From the NCBI GenBank assembly GCA_965203905.1, contig CBDBDQ010000005.1:7296001-7360000 (forward strand): a stretch of 64,000 bases of DNA, read 5' to 3'. A program made the translations under genes and the position numbers. This DNA is from Spirochaetia bacterium. Lineage in GTDB: Bacteria > Spirochaetota > Spirochaetia > SZUA-6 > Bin103. A model generated the notes under the pieces. The model made no database searches. It was not told the origin of the DNA and saw nothing but the letters and a program-made list of their open reading frames with translations. Of this stretch, positions 39,978-48,815 are shown one piece after another (position 1 is the stretch's first letter; every line of letters starts with the position of its first letter).

Positions 39978-41867
39978 CGCCGCCGCCTGGGCTGCGCACG
40001 TCGGTGCGGTCGTTGCGCTACGCCACCGCGTCGCTGAACACCATCTCCCAGCCGTGGAACACCACTGCCAAACCCGTGAACCGGACGGCCGGGAACTGCC
40101 GCGCCAGGCGCTCGTCCGCCAGGTAGCGCCGCAACTGCGCCGTGGCGTCGCCGGCCGCCGCCGCGACGGCCTCGTCGTCCGCCGGCTCGCCGCGAGCCAA
40201 GTACTTCAACTCGATCAGATAGCCGGTGCGCAGGTGCGGATAGCGCGCCAGCAACGGCTCCAGGCTGATGTCCGCGTGCCCCTTCCCCAGCTCCGCCTCC
40301 GACCGGAACACGTAGTAGCCTGCGACGCTCAAGTAGGCGGCCAGGAATCCCAGCGCCCCGGCACGGGGCGCCATGACCTTCTCCCCGCCGATGTAATCCC
40401 GTATCCCCGTCTGCGCCGCGATCGCCTCGCTCAGGTACTCCAGCACCGGCCGCCACTCGCCCTCGTTGGCCATCCCCAGCATCAGTTGCTCGAACCGGTG
40501 CAGGTCGACCCGGAACACCCCCACGTCCTTGTAGCCGTCGCGCAGGTAGCCGTACATCAGCCGCTTCACCGTCTGGTTCGGGATCGCCAGCGTCGGCGTC
40601 ACCCCCTGCACCTCGCGGATGCTCAGCAGCCCGAAGTAGTGCAGCAGCGACAGGAAGTTCTGCGGCTCGGCGAGCTCGTGCTGCGGAAAGCCGGGCTGGA
40701 TGTCGCTGTCCACCTGTTCCTCACCGATGATCGTCCGCAACAGGTCGAAGTTGCCGTTGAGCTGCCGCCCCACCACCAGCAGGTGGCGCAGCTTGCCGTA
40801 GTCGATGCGCACGTTGGTGTCGATCAGGTACTTCGGCACGCGTCGGTTCGGGATCGACTGGTCCAGGTAGTAGAGCACCATGTCGGTGTTGTAGAGGTCG
40901 GTCTCGGCCTCCTCCGCGAACCGGTAGCCGTTGTACCACTGGCCCATGATGCCCATGGCGGTGGCCACGTCCTGATTGAACACGCCGCAATCCCGGTAGG
41001 TCTCGACCAGGTTCCGCACCTCCGCCTCGGTGAAGCCGACCATCTCGTTGAAGTCGGGGTGCAGGCTGATGTTCTTGCCGATGTTGAAGCCGCTGGTGAC
41101 GTCGTCCATGGTCACCGGCGACACCCCGGTGATGAACAGGCGGTCGATGCCGCCGCCGCTGCGGTCCGTGCCGCCCTTGAGGGTGGCGAAGAAGCTGCGA
41201 AAGAAGCCGCCGCCGTGGGTGAAGGAGTGGTACGCCTCCGCGCCGTGGTGCGCCAGCACGGTGTTGGCGAAGTTGTCGTACTCGTCGATCAGCACGTACA
41301 GCGGAATGCCGTGGTCGCCGACGTAGCGGAACAGCTCTCCCAGCTTCTCGGTGATCGACGACGGTGCGAGGATCTCTCGCAGCGCCGCTTCGGGAAACAG
41401 GTCGGGATGCCGGCGCAGCGTCCCCCGCAGCTCCGTGTGGCAATGCCCCTCGAAGCGTTGCTCCAGGGTCTCCAGCTTGTCGCTTACCATCGAGAAGTTG
41501 AAGCGCAGGGTGACGTAGCGGCTGCGTTCCTCCGTCGGATCCCGACCGATGTCGGTGCCACCAAATGTGGCGTCGAAGTCGTCCGCCCAGAAGCGGTCGT
41601 AGTAGTTCTCCAGCAGCGACACCCACAGCGTCTTGCCGAACCGCCGCGGGCGGATCAGGAAGGCGTAGTGCTCCTGCTCCAGACGCCGCAGGAAGCGGGT
41701 CTTGTCCACGTACAGCCAGCGGTTCAGGCGAATGCGCCGGAAGTCGCCTTGACCGTAGGGAATGTGCGGATAAGCGGGAGTCTCGTCCACTGAAGACCGT
41801 GCCGACGACACTCTATCGCCCGCGCGACGGCCCCTCAAGCAGCGAACGGCCGCTCGGCGGCCCGCTC
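39978..41867. repeat. Copy 1 of a ~1.9-kb direct repeat (copy 2 at about 43264-45153, offset 3286)
   Basis: Gene plus short 5' and 3' flanks are duplicated; long identical tracts alternate with divergent patches. Confidence 0.92.
40018..41790 (-). CDS. AAA-ATPase-like domain plus PD-(D/E)XK nuclease protein (590 aa), copy 1
   Basis: 'IPYG..DF', 'YVDKTRF', 'RPRRFGKT', 'LIDEYDNF', 'FITGVSP', 'WYNGYRF', 'GHADI..IELKY'. Confidence 0.92.
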   Translation of the reverse strand: MDETPAYPHIPYGQGDFRRIRLNRWLYVDKTRFLRRLEQEHYAFLIRPRRFGKTLWVSLLENYYDRFWADDFDATFGGTDIGRDPTEERSRYVTLRFNFSMVSDKLETLEQRFEGHCHTELRGTLRRHPDLFPEAALREILAPSSITEKLGELFRYVGDHGIPLYVLIDEYDNFANTVLAHHGAEAYHSFTHGGGFFRSFFATLKGGTDRSGGGIDRLFITGVSPVTMDDVTSGFNIGKNISLHPDFNEMVGFTEAEVRNLVETYRDCGVFNQDVATAMGIMGQWYNGYRFAEEAETDLYNTDMVLYYLDQSIPNRRVPKYLIDTNVRIDYGKLRHLLVVGRQLNGNFDLLRTIIGEEQVDSDIQPGFPQHELAEPQNFLSLLHYFGLLSIREVQGVTPTLAIPNQTVKRLMYGYLRDGYKDVGVFRVDLHRFEQLMLGMANEGEWRPVLEYLSEAIAAQTGIRDYIGGEKVMAPRAGALGFLAAYLSVAGYYVFRSEAELGKGHADISLEPLLARYPHLRTGYLIELKYLARGEPADDEAVAAAAGDATAQLRRYLADERLARQFPAVRFTGLAVVFHGWEMVFSDAVA

Positions 41868-42062
41868 ACTGGCGGCACGGTCAAGCCAGCCTGCTTGAGC
41901 ACTTGGCTCAGCGTACCGGCCCTCATGTCGTGCACCAGGATTCCCAGCCACCACCACTATGCCACGCTTGGTAGCGTGTCGCATCACCCGGTGGCTGCCC
42001 CGGCGACGAACCTCGTACCGACCGTCCTCGTGCAACTGCCTAAACACCTCCGCGCTACGTAC
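41866..42062 (-). pseudogene. hicA: HicA toxin, frameshifted, no HicB
   Basis: 'LHEDGRYEVRRRGSHRVMRHATKRGIVVVAGNPG' continues after a 1-nt shift as 'HDMRAGTLSQVLKQAGL'. Confidence 0.8.
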
Positions 42063-42327
42063 GCCTCGCCTCAGTGGCGCCTCCGTCCGGCGTCACGACT
42101 GAAAGCGGGCCGGCGTCGTGGGCACCGCCCGGCACAGGGGACCTATGAACCTTGCTACCGAAAAGGACCGCCTGTAGGCGGTCTAATCGGCGTCGCTGGC
42201 ATCGTCAAACGAATCCAGGTCGATGGTCTCGTCGCCTCTGGCTAACGTCACCCCATCGCTGTGCCCTATCAGCTCGAACCCGAGGGTCAGGGCACGCCTC
42301 TGAAGCATGTCCACGTAGTGTTTTGGC

Positions 42328-42837
42328 TCATGCTCCCTTGTCGGTATTGGGGGCTCTGGCTTTACCCTTTCTTACCCTAATTGCGTTCGGCGGCACATGC
42401 TTGGTGAAGTCCACTTCTGAATCGGACGGATATTGGAATGACACGACTGATCGACCATGCTTATGGGTGACGGCGAATCCGCTTTCCCTGATGATGTCCA
42501 TGCCAATCAGCATGTCATCTTCCATGATGCCGTCCATCACCTCGACTGCCTCAAAAAGCACTTCGTTCGGGAGTCGGATATTCACGGTGTAGAGATTCGC
42601 TTCCCGCGTTCCGTTCACCGTGTGCTGGATCTCTTGGTCAGTAGGCTGGAGATCCAACTTCTCCACGACCTGTTCGGAAATAACCGAAACCACGGCCCCG
42701 GTGGCCCAGACGGCCATGAACGGAAGATATGTCGGGGGGCTCCCCTCAGGCGGGCGCGGGGCTGCGATCTCCGCTTGGATCTCGAGAGTCCACTTGCGCT
42801 CCTTCGACCGCTCGGTGCACGATCTTACCGTAATCAT
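42328..42837 (-). CDS. Retropepsin-like aspartic protease homologue with the catalytic Asp replaced (WATGA)
   Basis: 'AVWATGA..SVIS..VVEKLDL' and 'DMLIGMDII' match clan AA motifs; codon 42705-42703 is GCC where GAC is expected. Confidence 0.8.
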   Translation of the reverse strand: MITVRSCTERSKERKWTLEIQAEIAAPRPPEGSPPTYLPFMAVWATGAVVSVISEQVVEKLDLQPTDQEIQHTVNGTREANLYTVNIRLPNEVLFEAVEVMDGIMEDDMLIGMDIIRESGFAVTHKHGRSVVSFQYPSDSEVDFTKHVPPNAIRVRKGKARAPNTDKGA

Positions 42838-43097
42838 TCAACGCGCAGTCTGCCGGAACGGAAGATTGCAGGGCGTTCTTCGTCTTTGCGGAGGCACTGC
42901 CGGATCAGGAAGATCGAATCGTCCGAGAAGTTTCTGACCGCGTGGAAGTATGCCTCCTTTCGGTCCGGGAAGAATCCAACGAAGTCCCCGCAGGCCAGCA
43001 GGTACTGGAGGTGGTGGTGACGGAGGTACTCCTCGCGCTCGGCCTCGATGCGGTCATTGAGCCGTCTGAGCTCCTTGATAGTTGCCGTGTCTGGCAT
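42834..43097 (-). CDS. Small protein coupled to the retropepsin (DUF5678-like)
   Basis: RBS AGGAG, ATGA overlap, pattern 'QYLL..FVGFFPDRKEAY..FLIRQC'. Confidence 0.7.
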   Translation of the reverse strand: MPDTATIKELRRLNDRIEAEREEYLRHHHLQYLLACGDFVGFFPDRKEAYFHAVRNFSDDSIFLIRQCLRKDEERPAIFRSGRLRVE

Positions 43098-43159
43098 GTG
43101 CTCTCTCTCCTGCAGGGCTGCTGGATGGTGGGTGTAGGGTAGCCGCTGCACCATCCGAC

Positions 43160-43188
43160 AAGTTATCCACAGGGTGGCAGACTGTCAA
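43160..43188 (-). promoter_or_regulatory. sigma70 promoter with an overlapping perfect DnaA box
   Basis: Minus strand TTGACA-17 nt-TAACTT; TTATCCACA at 43163-43171. Confidence 0.65.
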
Positions 43189-43263
43189 ATCCCTTGACGT
43201 TCAGCCGCGTGAGCGCGGCGACAGGTCCGGCGGCGAGGTTTACGCCCAAGGCGCATGGACGCG

Positions 43264-45153
43264 GGCCGCCGCCTGGGCTGCGCACGTCGGTTCGGTCGTT
43301 GCGCTACGCCACCGCGTCGCTGAACACCATCTCCCAGCCGTGGAACACCACCGCCAGACCCGTGAACCGCACCTCTGGGAACTGCCGCGCCAGGCGCTCG
43401 TCCGCCAGGTAGCGCCGCAACTGCGCCGTGGCGTCGCCGGCCGCCGCCGCGACGGCCTCGTCGTCCGCCGGCTCGCCGCGAGCCAAGTACTTCAACTCGA
43501 TCAGATAGCCGGTGCGCAGGTGCGGATAGCGCGCCAGCAACGGCTCCAGGCTGATGTCCGCGTGCCCCTTCCCCAGCTCCGCCTCCGACCGGAACACGTA
43601 GTAGCCTGCGACGCTCAAGTAGGCGGCCAGGAATCCCAGCGCCCCGGCACGGGGCGCCATGACCTTCTCCCCGCCGATGTAATCCCGTATCCCCGTCTGC
43701 GCCGCGATCGCCTCGCTCAGGTACTCCAGCACCGGCCGCCACTCGCCCTCGTTGGCCATCCCCAGCATCAGTTGCTCGAACCGGTGCAGGTCGACCCGGA
43801 ACACCCCCACGTCCTTGTAGCCGTCGCGCAGGTAGCCGTACATCAGCCGCTTCACCGTCTGGTTCGGGATCGCCAGCGTCGGCGTCACCCCCTGCACCTC
43901 GCGGATGCTCAGCAGCCCGAAGTAGTGCAGCAGCGACAGGAAGTTCTGCGGCTCGGCGAGCTCGTGCTGCGGAAAGCCGGGCTGGATGTCGCTGTCTACC
44001 CGCTCCTCACCGATGACGTTGCGCAGCAGATCGAAGTTGCCGTTCAACTGCCGGCCCACCACCAGCAGGTGGCGCAGCTTGCCGTAGTCGATGCGCACGT
44101 TGGTGTCGATCAGGTACTTCGGCACGCGTCGGTTCGGGATCGACTGGTCCAGGTAGTAGAGCACCATGTCGGTGTTGTAGAGGTCGGTCTCGGCCTCCTC
44201 CGCGAACCGGTAGCCGTTGTACCACTCGCCCATGATACCCATGGCGGTGTCTACGCCCTGATCGAACACGCCGTGGTCCTGGTAGGTTTCCACCAGGCGC
44301 CGTACCTCCGCCTCGGTGAAGCCGACCATCTCGTTGAAGTCGGGGTGCAGGCTGATGTTCTTGCCGATGTTGAAGCCGCTGGTGACGTCGTCCATGGTCA
44401 CCGGCGACACCCCGGTGATGAACAGGCGGTCGATGCCGCCGCCGCTCCGGTCCGTGCCGCCCTTGAGGGTGGCGAAGAAGCTGCGGAAGAAGCCGCCGCC
44501 GTGGGCGAAGGCGTGGTACGCCTCGGCGCCGTGGTGCGCCAGCACGGTGTTGGCGAAGTTGTCGTACTCGTCGATCAGCACGTACAGCGGGATGTCGTGG
44601 TCGGCCGCGTAGCGGAACAGTCGCCCGAGCTTGCCGGTGATCGACGGCGGCGCCAGGATGCGCTGCAACGCAGCCTCGGGAAACAGGTCGGGATGGCGCT
44701 CCAGCGTGCCCTCCAGCTCCGTGTGGCAGTGCATCTCGAATTCCCGCTCCAGCGTTTCGAGCTTGTCGTTGACCGCTGAGAAATCGAAGCGCAGAGTGAC
44801 GTAGCGGCTGCGTTCCTGCGTCGGGTCCTGCCCGATGTCCGTGCCGGCAAAGGTGGCGTCGAAGTCGCCGGCCCAGAAACGGTCGTAGTAGTTCTCCAGC
44901 AGCGACACCCACAGCGTCTTGCCAAACCGCCGCGGGCGAATCAGGAAGGCGTAGTGCTCCTGCTCCAGGCGCCGCAGGAAGCGGGTCTTGTCCACGTACA
45001 GCCAGCGGTTCAGGCGAATGCGCCGGAAGTCGCCTTGGCCGTATGGGATATGTGGGTACGCGGGAGTCTCGTCCATTGAAGGCCGTGCCGACGACACTCT
45101 ATCGCCCGCGCGACGGCCCCTCAAGGAGCGAACGGCCGCTCGGCGGCCCGCTC
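43264..45153. repeat. Copy 2 of the ~1.9-kb direct repeat
   Basis: Aligns to about 39978-41867. Confidence 0.92.
43304..45076 (-). CDS. AAA-ATPase-like domain plus PD-(D/E)XK nuclease protein (590 aa), copy 2
   Basis: Same motifs and same 1773-nt length as copy 1; the ORF extension to 46009 is the antisense shadow of the RTX gene. Confidence 0.92.
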   Translation of the reverse strand: MDETPAYPHIPYGQGDFRRIRLNRWLYVDKTRFLRRLEQEHYAFLIRPRRFGKTLWVSLLENYYDRFWAGDFDATFAGTDIGQDPTQERSRYVTLRFDFSAVNDKLETLEREFEMHCHTELEGTLERHPDLFPEAALQRILAPPSITGKLGRLFRYAADHDIPLYVLIDEYDNFANTVLAHHGAEAYHAFAHGGGFFRSFFATLKGGTDRSGGGIDRLFITGVSPVTMDDVTSGFNIGKNISLHPDFNEMVGFTEAEVRRLVETYQDHGVFDQGVDTAMGIMGEWYNGYRFAEEAETDLYNTDMVLYYLDQSIPNRRVPKYLIDTNVRIDYGKLRHLLVVGRQLNGNFDLLRNVIGEERVDSDIQPGFPQHELAEPQNFLSLLHYFGLLSIREVQGVTPTLAIPNQTVKRLMYGYLRDGYKDVGVFRVDLHRFEQLMLGMANEGEWRPVLEYLSEAIAAQTGIRDYIGGEKVMAPRAGALGFLAAYLSVAGYYVFRSEAELGKGHADISLEPLLARYPHLRTGYLIELKYLARGEPADDEAVAAAAGDATAQLRRYLADERLARQFPEVRFTGLAVVFHGWEMVFSDAVA

Positions 45154-45385
45154 GCTTGCGCGCGGCACGGCGCTCCTGCAGTTCCTCGAACCGGGCGCCA
45201 CATCCGCTATGGATGGCCCCCGCACCCCCCCTGGGTCGGCGGCGGGTTGTGTGATCTGTGTCCCCGCCGGCTGCTCCCGGGCGGGCGTAGATCACGTAAT
45301 ATTCTTGGTTTGCTCGCGTTTTGTCACGTTTCGAACACGAAGTTGGGAAATCGCATGCGGTACGCTTGGGGTGGAGGATAACGTA

Positions 45386-47098
45386 ATGCCAGAGACAACA
45401 GGCACTTCGGGCAACGACCAGATCTTCTCCGGCGACGGCGACCAGGAGATCTACGGCGGCGACGGCGACGACTTCATCTACTCCAGGGAGGGCGACGACG
45501 TACTCTACGGCGGCGACGGCAACGACAACGTGTCCGGCAACTGGGGTGACGACGAGGTCTACGGCGGTGCCGGCGAAGACAAAGTTTTTGGCGGGAGGGA
45601 CGACGACGAGGTCTACGGCGGTGCCGGCAACGACTGGGTCTCCGGCGGTCGCGGGAGCGACCGCGTCTACGGCGACGCCGGCGACGACACCGTTCTGGGC
45701 GGCACCGGCAACGACTACGTCTACGGCGGCACCGGCAACGACAAGGTCTACGGCGGCGGCGGCAACGACGAGGTCTACGGCGGCGAGGGGAGGGACACCA
45801 TCACCGGCGGTGAGGGTGACGACGTCCTGTATGGCGACGACCCCGATACGACTCCCGGCGACGGCAAGCCGACATTGCTCGACCGGAAGGGCGTCGTCGA
45901 CGACCAGGTCGGCGCGGACGAGATCTACGGCGGCGACGGTGCCGACACCATCTACGGTGGCATCGGCGCAGACACCATCCGGGGCGGCGGGGGTGCAGAC
46001 ACGATCCATGGCGGGGCAGGTGCAGACACGATCGAAGGTGATGTACTAGTCCTCAACCAGAACGACGCCCCGGCCGCCGACGAAATCTACGGTGGCGAAG
46101 GCGACGACACGATCCGCGCCAACCAAGGCGACGACACGGTCTACGGCGGTGAGGGCGCAGACACCATCTATGGTGGTGCGGGCGCAGACACGATCCATGG
46201 CGGTGACGGCGACGACACCATCTACGGTGGTGCGGGCGCAGACACGATCCGTGGCGATGCCGGCGCAGACACGATTCGTGGCGGTGCCGACGCCGACACC
46301 ATTCGTGGCGGTGCGGGCGCAGACATCATCCATGGCGATGGGGGCACCGACACCATCTATGGCGGTGACGGCGCCGATACGATCCATGGTGGCGAAGGCG
46401 GAGACAAGCTCTACGGTGGCGCCGGCAACGACACGGTGTACTCCGGCGGATACGGGGGCCTGGTCTACGGCGGTGACGGCGACGACACGCTCCACGCCGG
46501 CGGGGGCCGCGCCGGGCTTCAGGGTGACGCGGGCGACGACACGCTCATCGGCGGCGCCGGCGGTGACTCGATGTGGGGCGACAACAAGCTGAAGTACGGC
46601 CCGGCCGGCAACGACACGCTCGACGGCCGCGGCGGCAACGACAACCTCTTTGGCGGCCACGGAGACGACGTGTTGCGCGGTGGCTCCGGCCGTGACAGCC
46701 TCCACGGCGGCACCGGCACCGACACGCTCGACGGCGGTTCGGAGAACGACTGGCTCTACGGCTGGAAGGGCGACGACAGGATCGAGGGCGGCGGCGGCGA
46801 CGACAGCCTCACCGGCGGCGCGGGCGCGGATACGTTCGTGTTCGGTCCCGGACACGGGAACGACACCGTCAAGGACTTCGGCGACGGGGGCGACGTGATC
46901 GACCTCACGGCGCTGAGCGGCATTACCGGTTTCGACGACCTGACCATTACCGCGAGCGGCAACGACACCGTTATCGACTTGCGCGCGAACGGCGGGGGCA
47001 CGATCCGGCTGGAGGGCGTCAACGCCGCTGATCTGGATGCCGGCGACTTCCTGTTCCACGATCCGGCTACGGCGGACTCGGCTCAGGACGCCATGTAG
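45386..47098 (+). CDS. RTX/hemolysin-type calcium-binding repeat protein (570 aa)
   Basis: RBS GGAGG; about 45-50 GGxGxDxUx nonapeptides; C-terminal T1SS-type tail 'ADTFVF..GNDTVKDF..DVIDL..DFLF'. Confidence 0.93.
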   Translation: MPETTGTSGNDQIFSGDGDQEIYGGDGDDFIYSREGDDVLYGGDGNDNVSGNWGDDEVYGGAGEDKVFGGRDDDEVYGGAGNDWVSGGRGSDRVYGDAGDDTVLGGTGNDYVYGGTGNDKVYGGGGNDEVYGGEGRDTITGGEGDDVLYGDDPDTTPGDGKPTLLDRKGVVDDQVGADEIYGGDGADTIYGGIGADTIRGGGGADTIHGGAGADTIEGDVLVLNQNDAPAADEIYGGEGDDTIRANQGDDTVYGGEGADTIYGGAGADTIHGGDGDDTIYGGAGADTIRGDAGADTIRGGADADTIRGGAGADIIHGDGGTDTIYGGDGADTIHGGEGGDKLYGGAGNDTVYSGGYGGLVYGGDGDDTLHAGGGRAGLQGDAGDDTLIGGAGGDSMWGDNKLKYGPAGNDTLDGRGGNDNLFGGHGDDVLRGGSGRDSLHGGTGTDTLDGGSENDWLYGWKGDDRIEGGGGDDSLTGGAGADTFVFGPGHGNDTVKDFGDGGDVIDLTALSGITGFDDLTITASGNDTVIDLRANGGGTIRLEGVNAADLDAGDFLFHDPATADSAQDAM

Positions 47099-47102
47099 GA
47101 CG

Positions 47103-47173
47103 GCCCGCGGGCTAAGCGCCCGCGGGGTAAGCGTATCGCCGCGCAACCCTCGCGCAGGGTCGTGGCGGTACGC
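47103..47173. terminator. 15-bp tandem repeat followed by a long hairpin between convergent genes
   Basis: GCCCGCGGG(C/G)TAAGC twice (47103-47132); stem GCGTATCGCCGCG..ACCCT/AGGGT..CGTGGCGGTACGC (47131-47173); no U-tract. Confidence 0.45.
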
Positions 47174-47195
47174 ACGCCCGCTACGATACGGACAA

Positions 47196-47987
47196 TCAGC
47201 GCGTCTTCTGGACCAGGAGGGTCCTGGGACGCCGTTCCTGTGCCGTCTTGAACAGCGAAAAGGTCTGGTTCACCAAGCTGACGGCACTGGAGATATGTTC
47301 GAGATAGGCATCGAGTTCGGGAGTGCGGGCGGCTTCGATGAGTTGTACCGCACGGTCCTGAGGAACGGTTTCGAATTGGCAGTAGAACAGCGGTTCACCG
47401 CGTGAGAGCCGCAATGGCCGCTCGAGGTCGTGCCACTCGAACGCCCACATCAACGGCCGCGGCCACACGTCGATGGGAAAACGGCCGCCGAAGATGGTGC
47501 CGGGCCAGGGTTCGCGGCGGTAGTGCATGAACGGGGCGATCTGCGACAGGTAGACCGGTTCATCCGCCACGAACACGTACGGAAGGACCACCTGAATCGT
47601 CGGCCGGTCGGCGTAACGCCACTCGACCTCATTGGTGATACTGATTAGGGATTGGAGCTTTCTCTGGCGCACCGGTGAGGCTTCGCCGAGCAGGTTGCGC
47701 AAACCGGGTCTGCCGTTCTCGCCCCGCACGAACGCGAGGTGCAGGTCGAATGGACACTTCACCTCAAAATACCGGCTCTCCAGATTGCGAATCGCAGGGC
47801 ACCGCGAGGCGGACTTCGCATGGTGCCTGTTGACCTCCACCGAGCGCACCCGCGCCGGCGCCCCGTAGACCACGCCCGTGCGTTCGTCCGTCAGCAGCCA
47901 GCCGACTTTGACCGGACCGGAATGCGGGCCGTCGAGCGGCAACGCGTGGGTAACGCGGAACTCCATCGCCTGATTCGCAGCAGCCAT
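47196..47987 (-). CDS. Hypothetical protein, globular-looking ('SRCPAI..ESRYFEVKCPFD', 'GGRFPI..WPRPLMWAFEW')
   Basis: Long ORF with RBS AGGA and protein-like composition; family not confidently recognised. Confidence 0.75.
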   Translation of the reverse strand: MAAANQAMEFRVTHALPLDGPHSGPVKVGWLLTDERTGVVYGAPARVRSVEVNRHHAKSASRCPAIRNLESRYFEVKCPFDLHLAFVRGENGRPGLRNLLGEASPVRQRKLQSLISITNEVEWRYADRPTIQVVLPYVFVADEPVYLSQIAPFMHYRREPWPGTIFGGRFPIDVWPRPLMWAFEWHDLERPLRLSRGEPLFYCQFETVPQDRAVQLIEAARTPELDAYLEHISSAVSLVNQTFSLFKTAQERRPRTLLVQKTR

Positions 47988-48361
47988 GGCTTCCTATATT
48001 GTAGTGACCTGCACCAAAACTGGCAACGGGAATGCCCGCCGGTAGTGTATCTGGCGTAACAGTGGTGAAACTAATAAAGAACTCGCCATTTCGCGAATAG
48101 ACCGATGCGGTGTCATCTTGAGTCTATAGAACGCTGGGGAACGCAAGTCCATGCTTTACAATACTTTCTGTAGAGAAGCATGGACCGCGAGGACCAGGGC
48201 AGGGCAAGAGGGGTTGCATAACATGCACCCCCGGGTGCAAAATATCTGAGAGATAGGCGCCCGATCCCAACTCGGGCGCTCGCACCGAACTGGCGGCCCC
48301 TGGTATTCTTTGCCAGTGGAAGGAATTTGGGCCGCAGGTGGCCCCGAAGGAGGCACCACGG

Positions 48362-48427
48362 ATGCCTACGCCAAAGCGCCCCCGCGAGGTAGCCCGCAAG
48401 GCAGTTGCTGCCCGCTGGGCGAAGTAA
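48362..48427 (+). pseudogene. Internally deleted small basic protein (KRPR...ARKAAAARW type), 21 aa
   Basis: RBS AAGGAGG then MPTPKRPR|EVARKAVAARWAK*, the two termini of a small basic protein family joined. Confidence 0.6.
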
Positions 48428-48431
48428 AACC

Positions 48432-48647
48432 ATGACCGACCACGAGCGAGACGATCTGCTACTGGAAATCCGGGCCATGCTGGTTGAACACGGCGAGCGC
48501 CTGGAGCGCATTGAGCAAGACCACGGCGATAAGTTGGACCGCCTTCTTGCGGTTTCTCAAGGACAAGCGGCGGCGCGTGTGACGACAGATGAGCGCCTGG
48601 CCGTGTTGGAAGGGCGCGTTGCAGACTTAGAGCGCAACGCCGGGTAA
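48432..48647 (+). CDS. Small coiled-coil hypothetical protein
   Basis: ATG 4 nt after the previous stop; heptad-like 'LERIEQ..LDRLL..LEGRVADLE'. Confidence 0.6.
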   Translation: MTDHERDDLLLEIRAMLVEHGERLERIEQDHGDKLDRLLAVSQGQAAARVTTDERLAVLEGRVADLERNAG

Positions 48648-48815
48648 ATGGCGAAGCGTATAGTGCCGGAGGTTTCCTTGTTCCGGTCGACCGAGTTACT
48701 ACGCTGGTCAATCACATCTGGAGTCCTGCCAGGGGAGCGCTCTGCGGGGCATGAACAGAGGGAACTATGAGCCGGCCATGCTACGCTCGCTTCAGACAGA
48801 CTTGACGCGTTGCGG

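Noticed and set aside
45077-46009. N-terminal extension making a 901-aa AAA-ATPase
   Set aside because: It is the antisense reading of the RTX gene plus intergenic DNA; the paralogue fixes the start at 45076.
45400-46850. CRISPR-like periodic repeats
   Set aside because: The 27-bp periodicity encodes RTX nonapeptides; there are no unique spacers and no cas genes.
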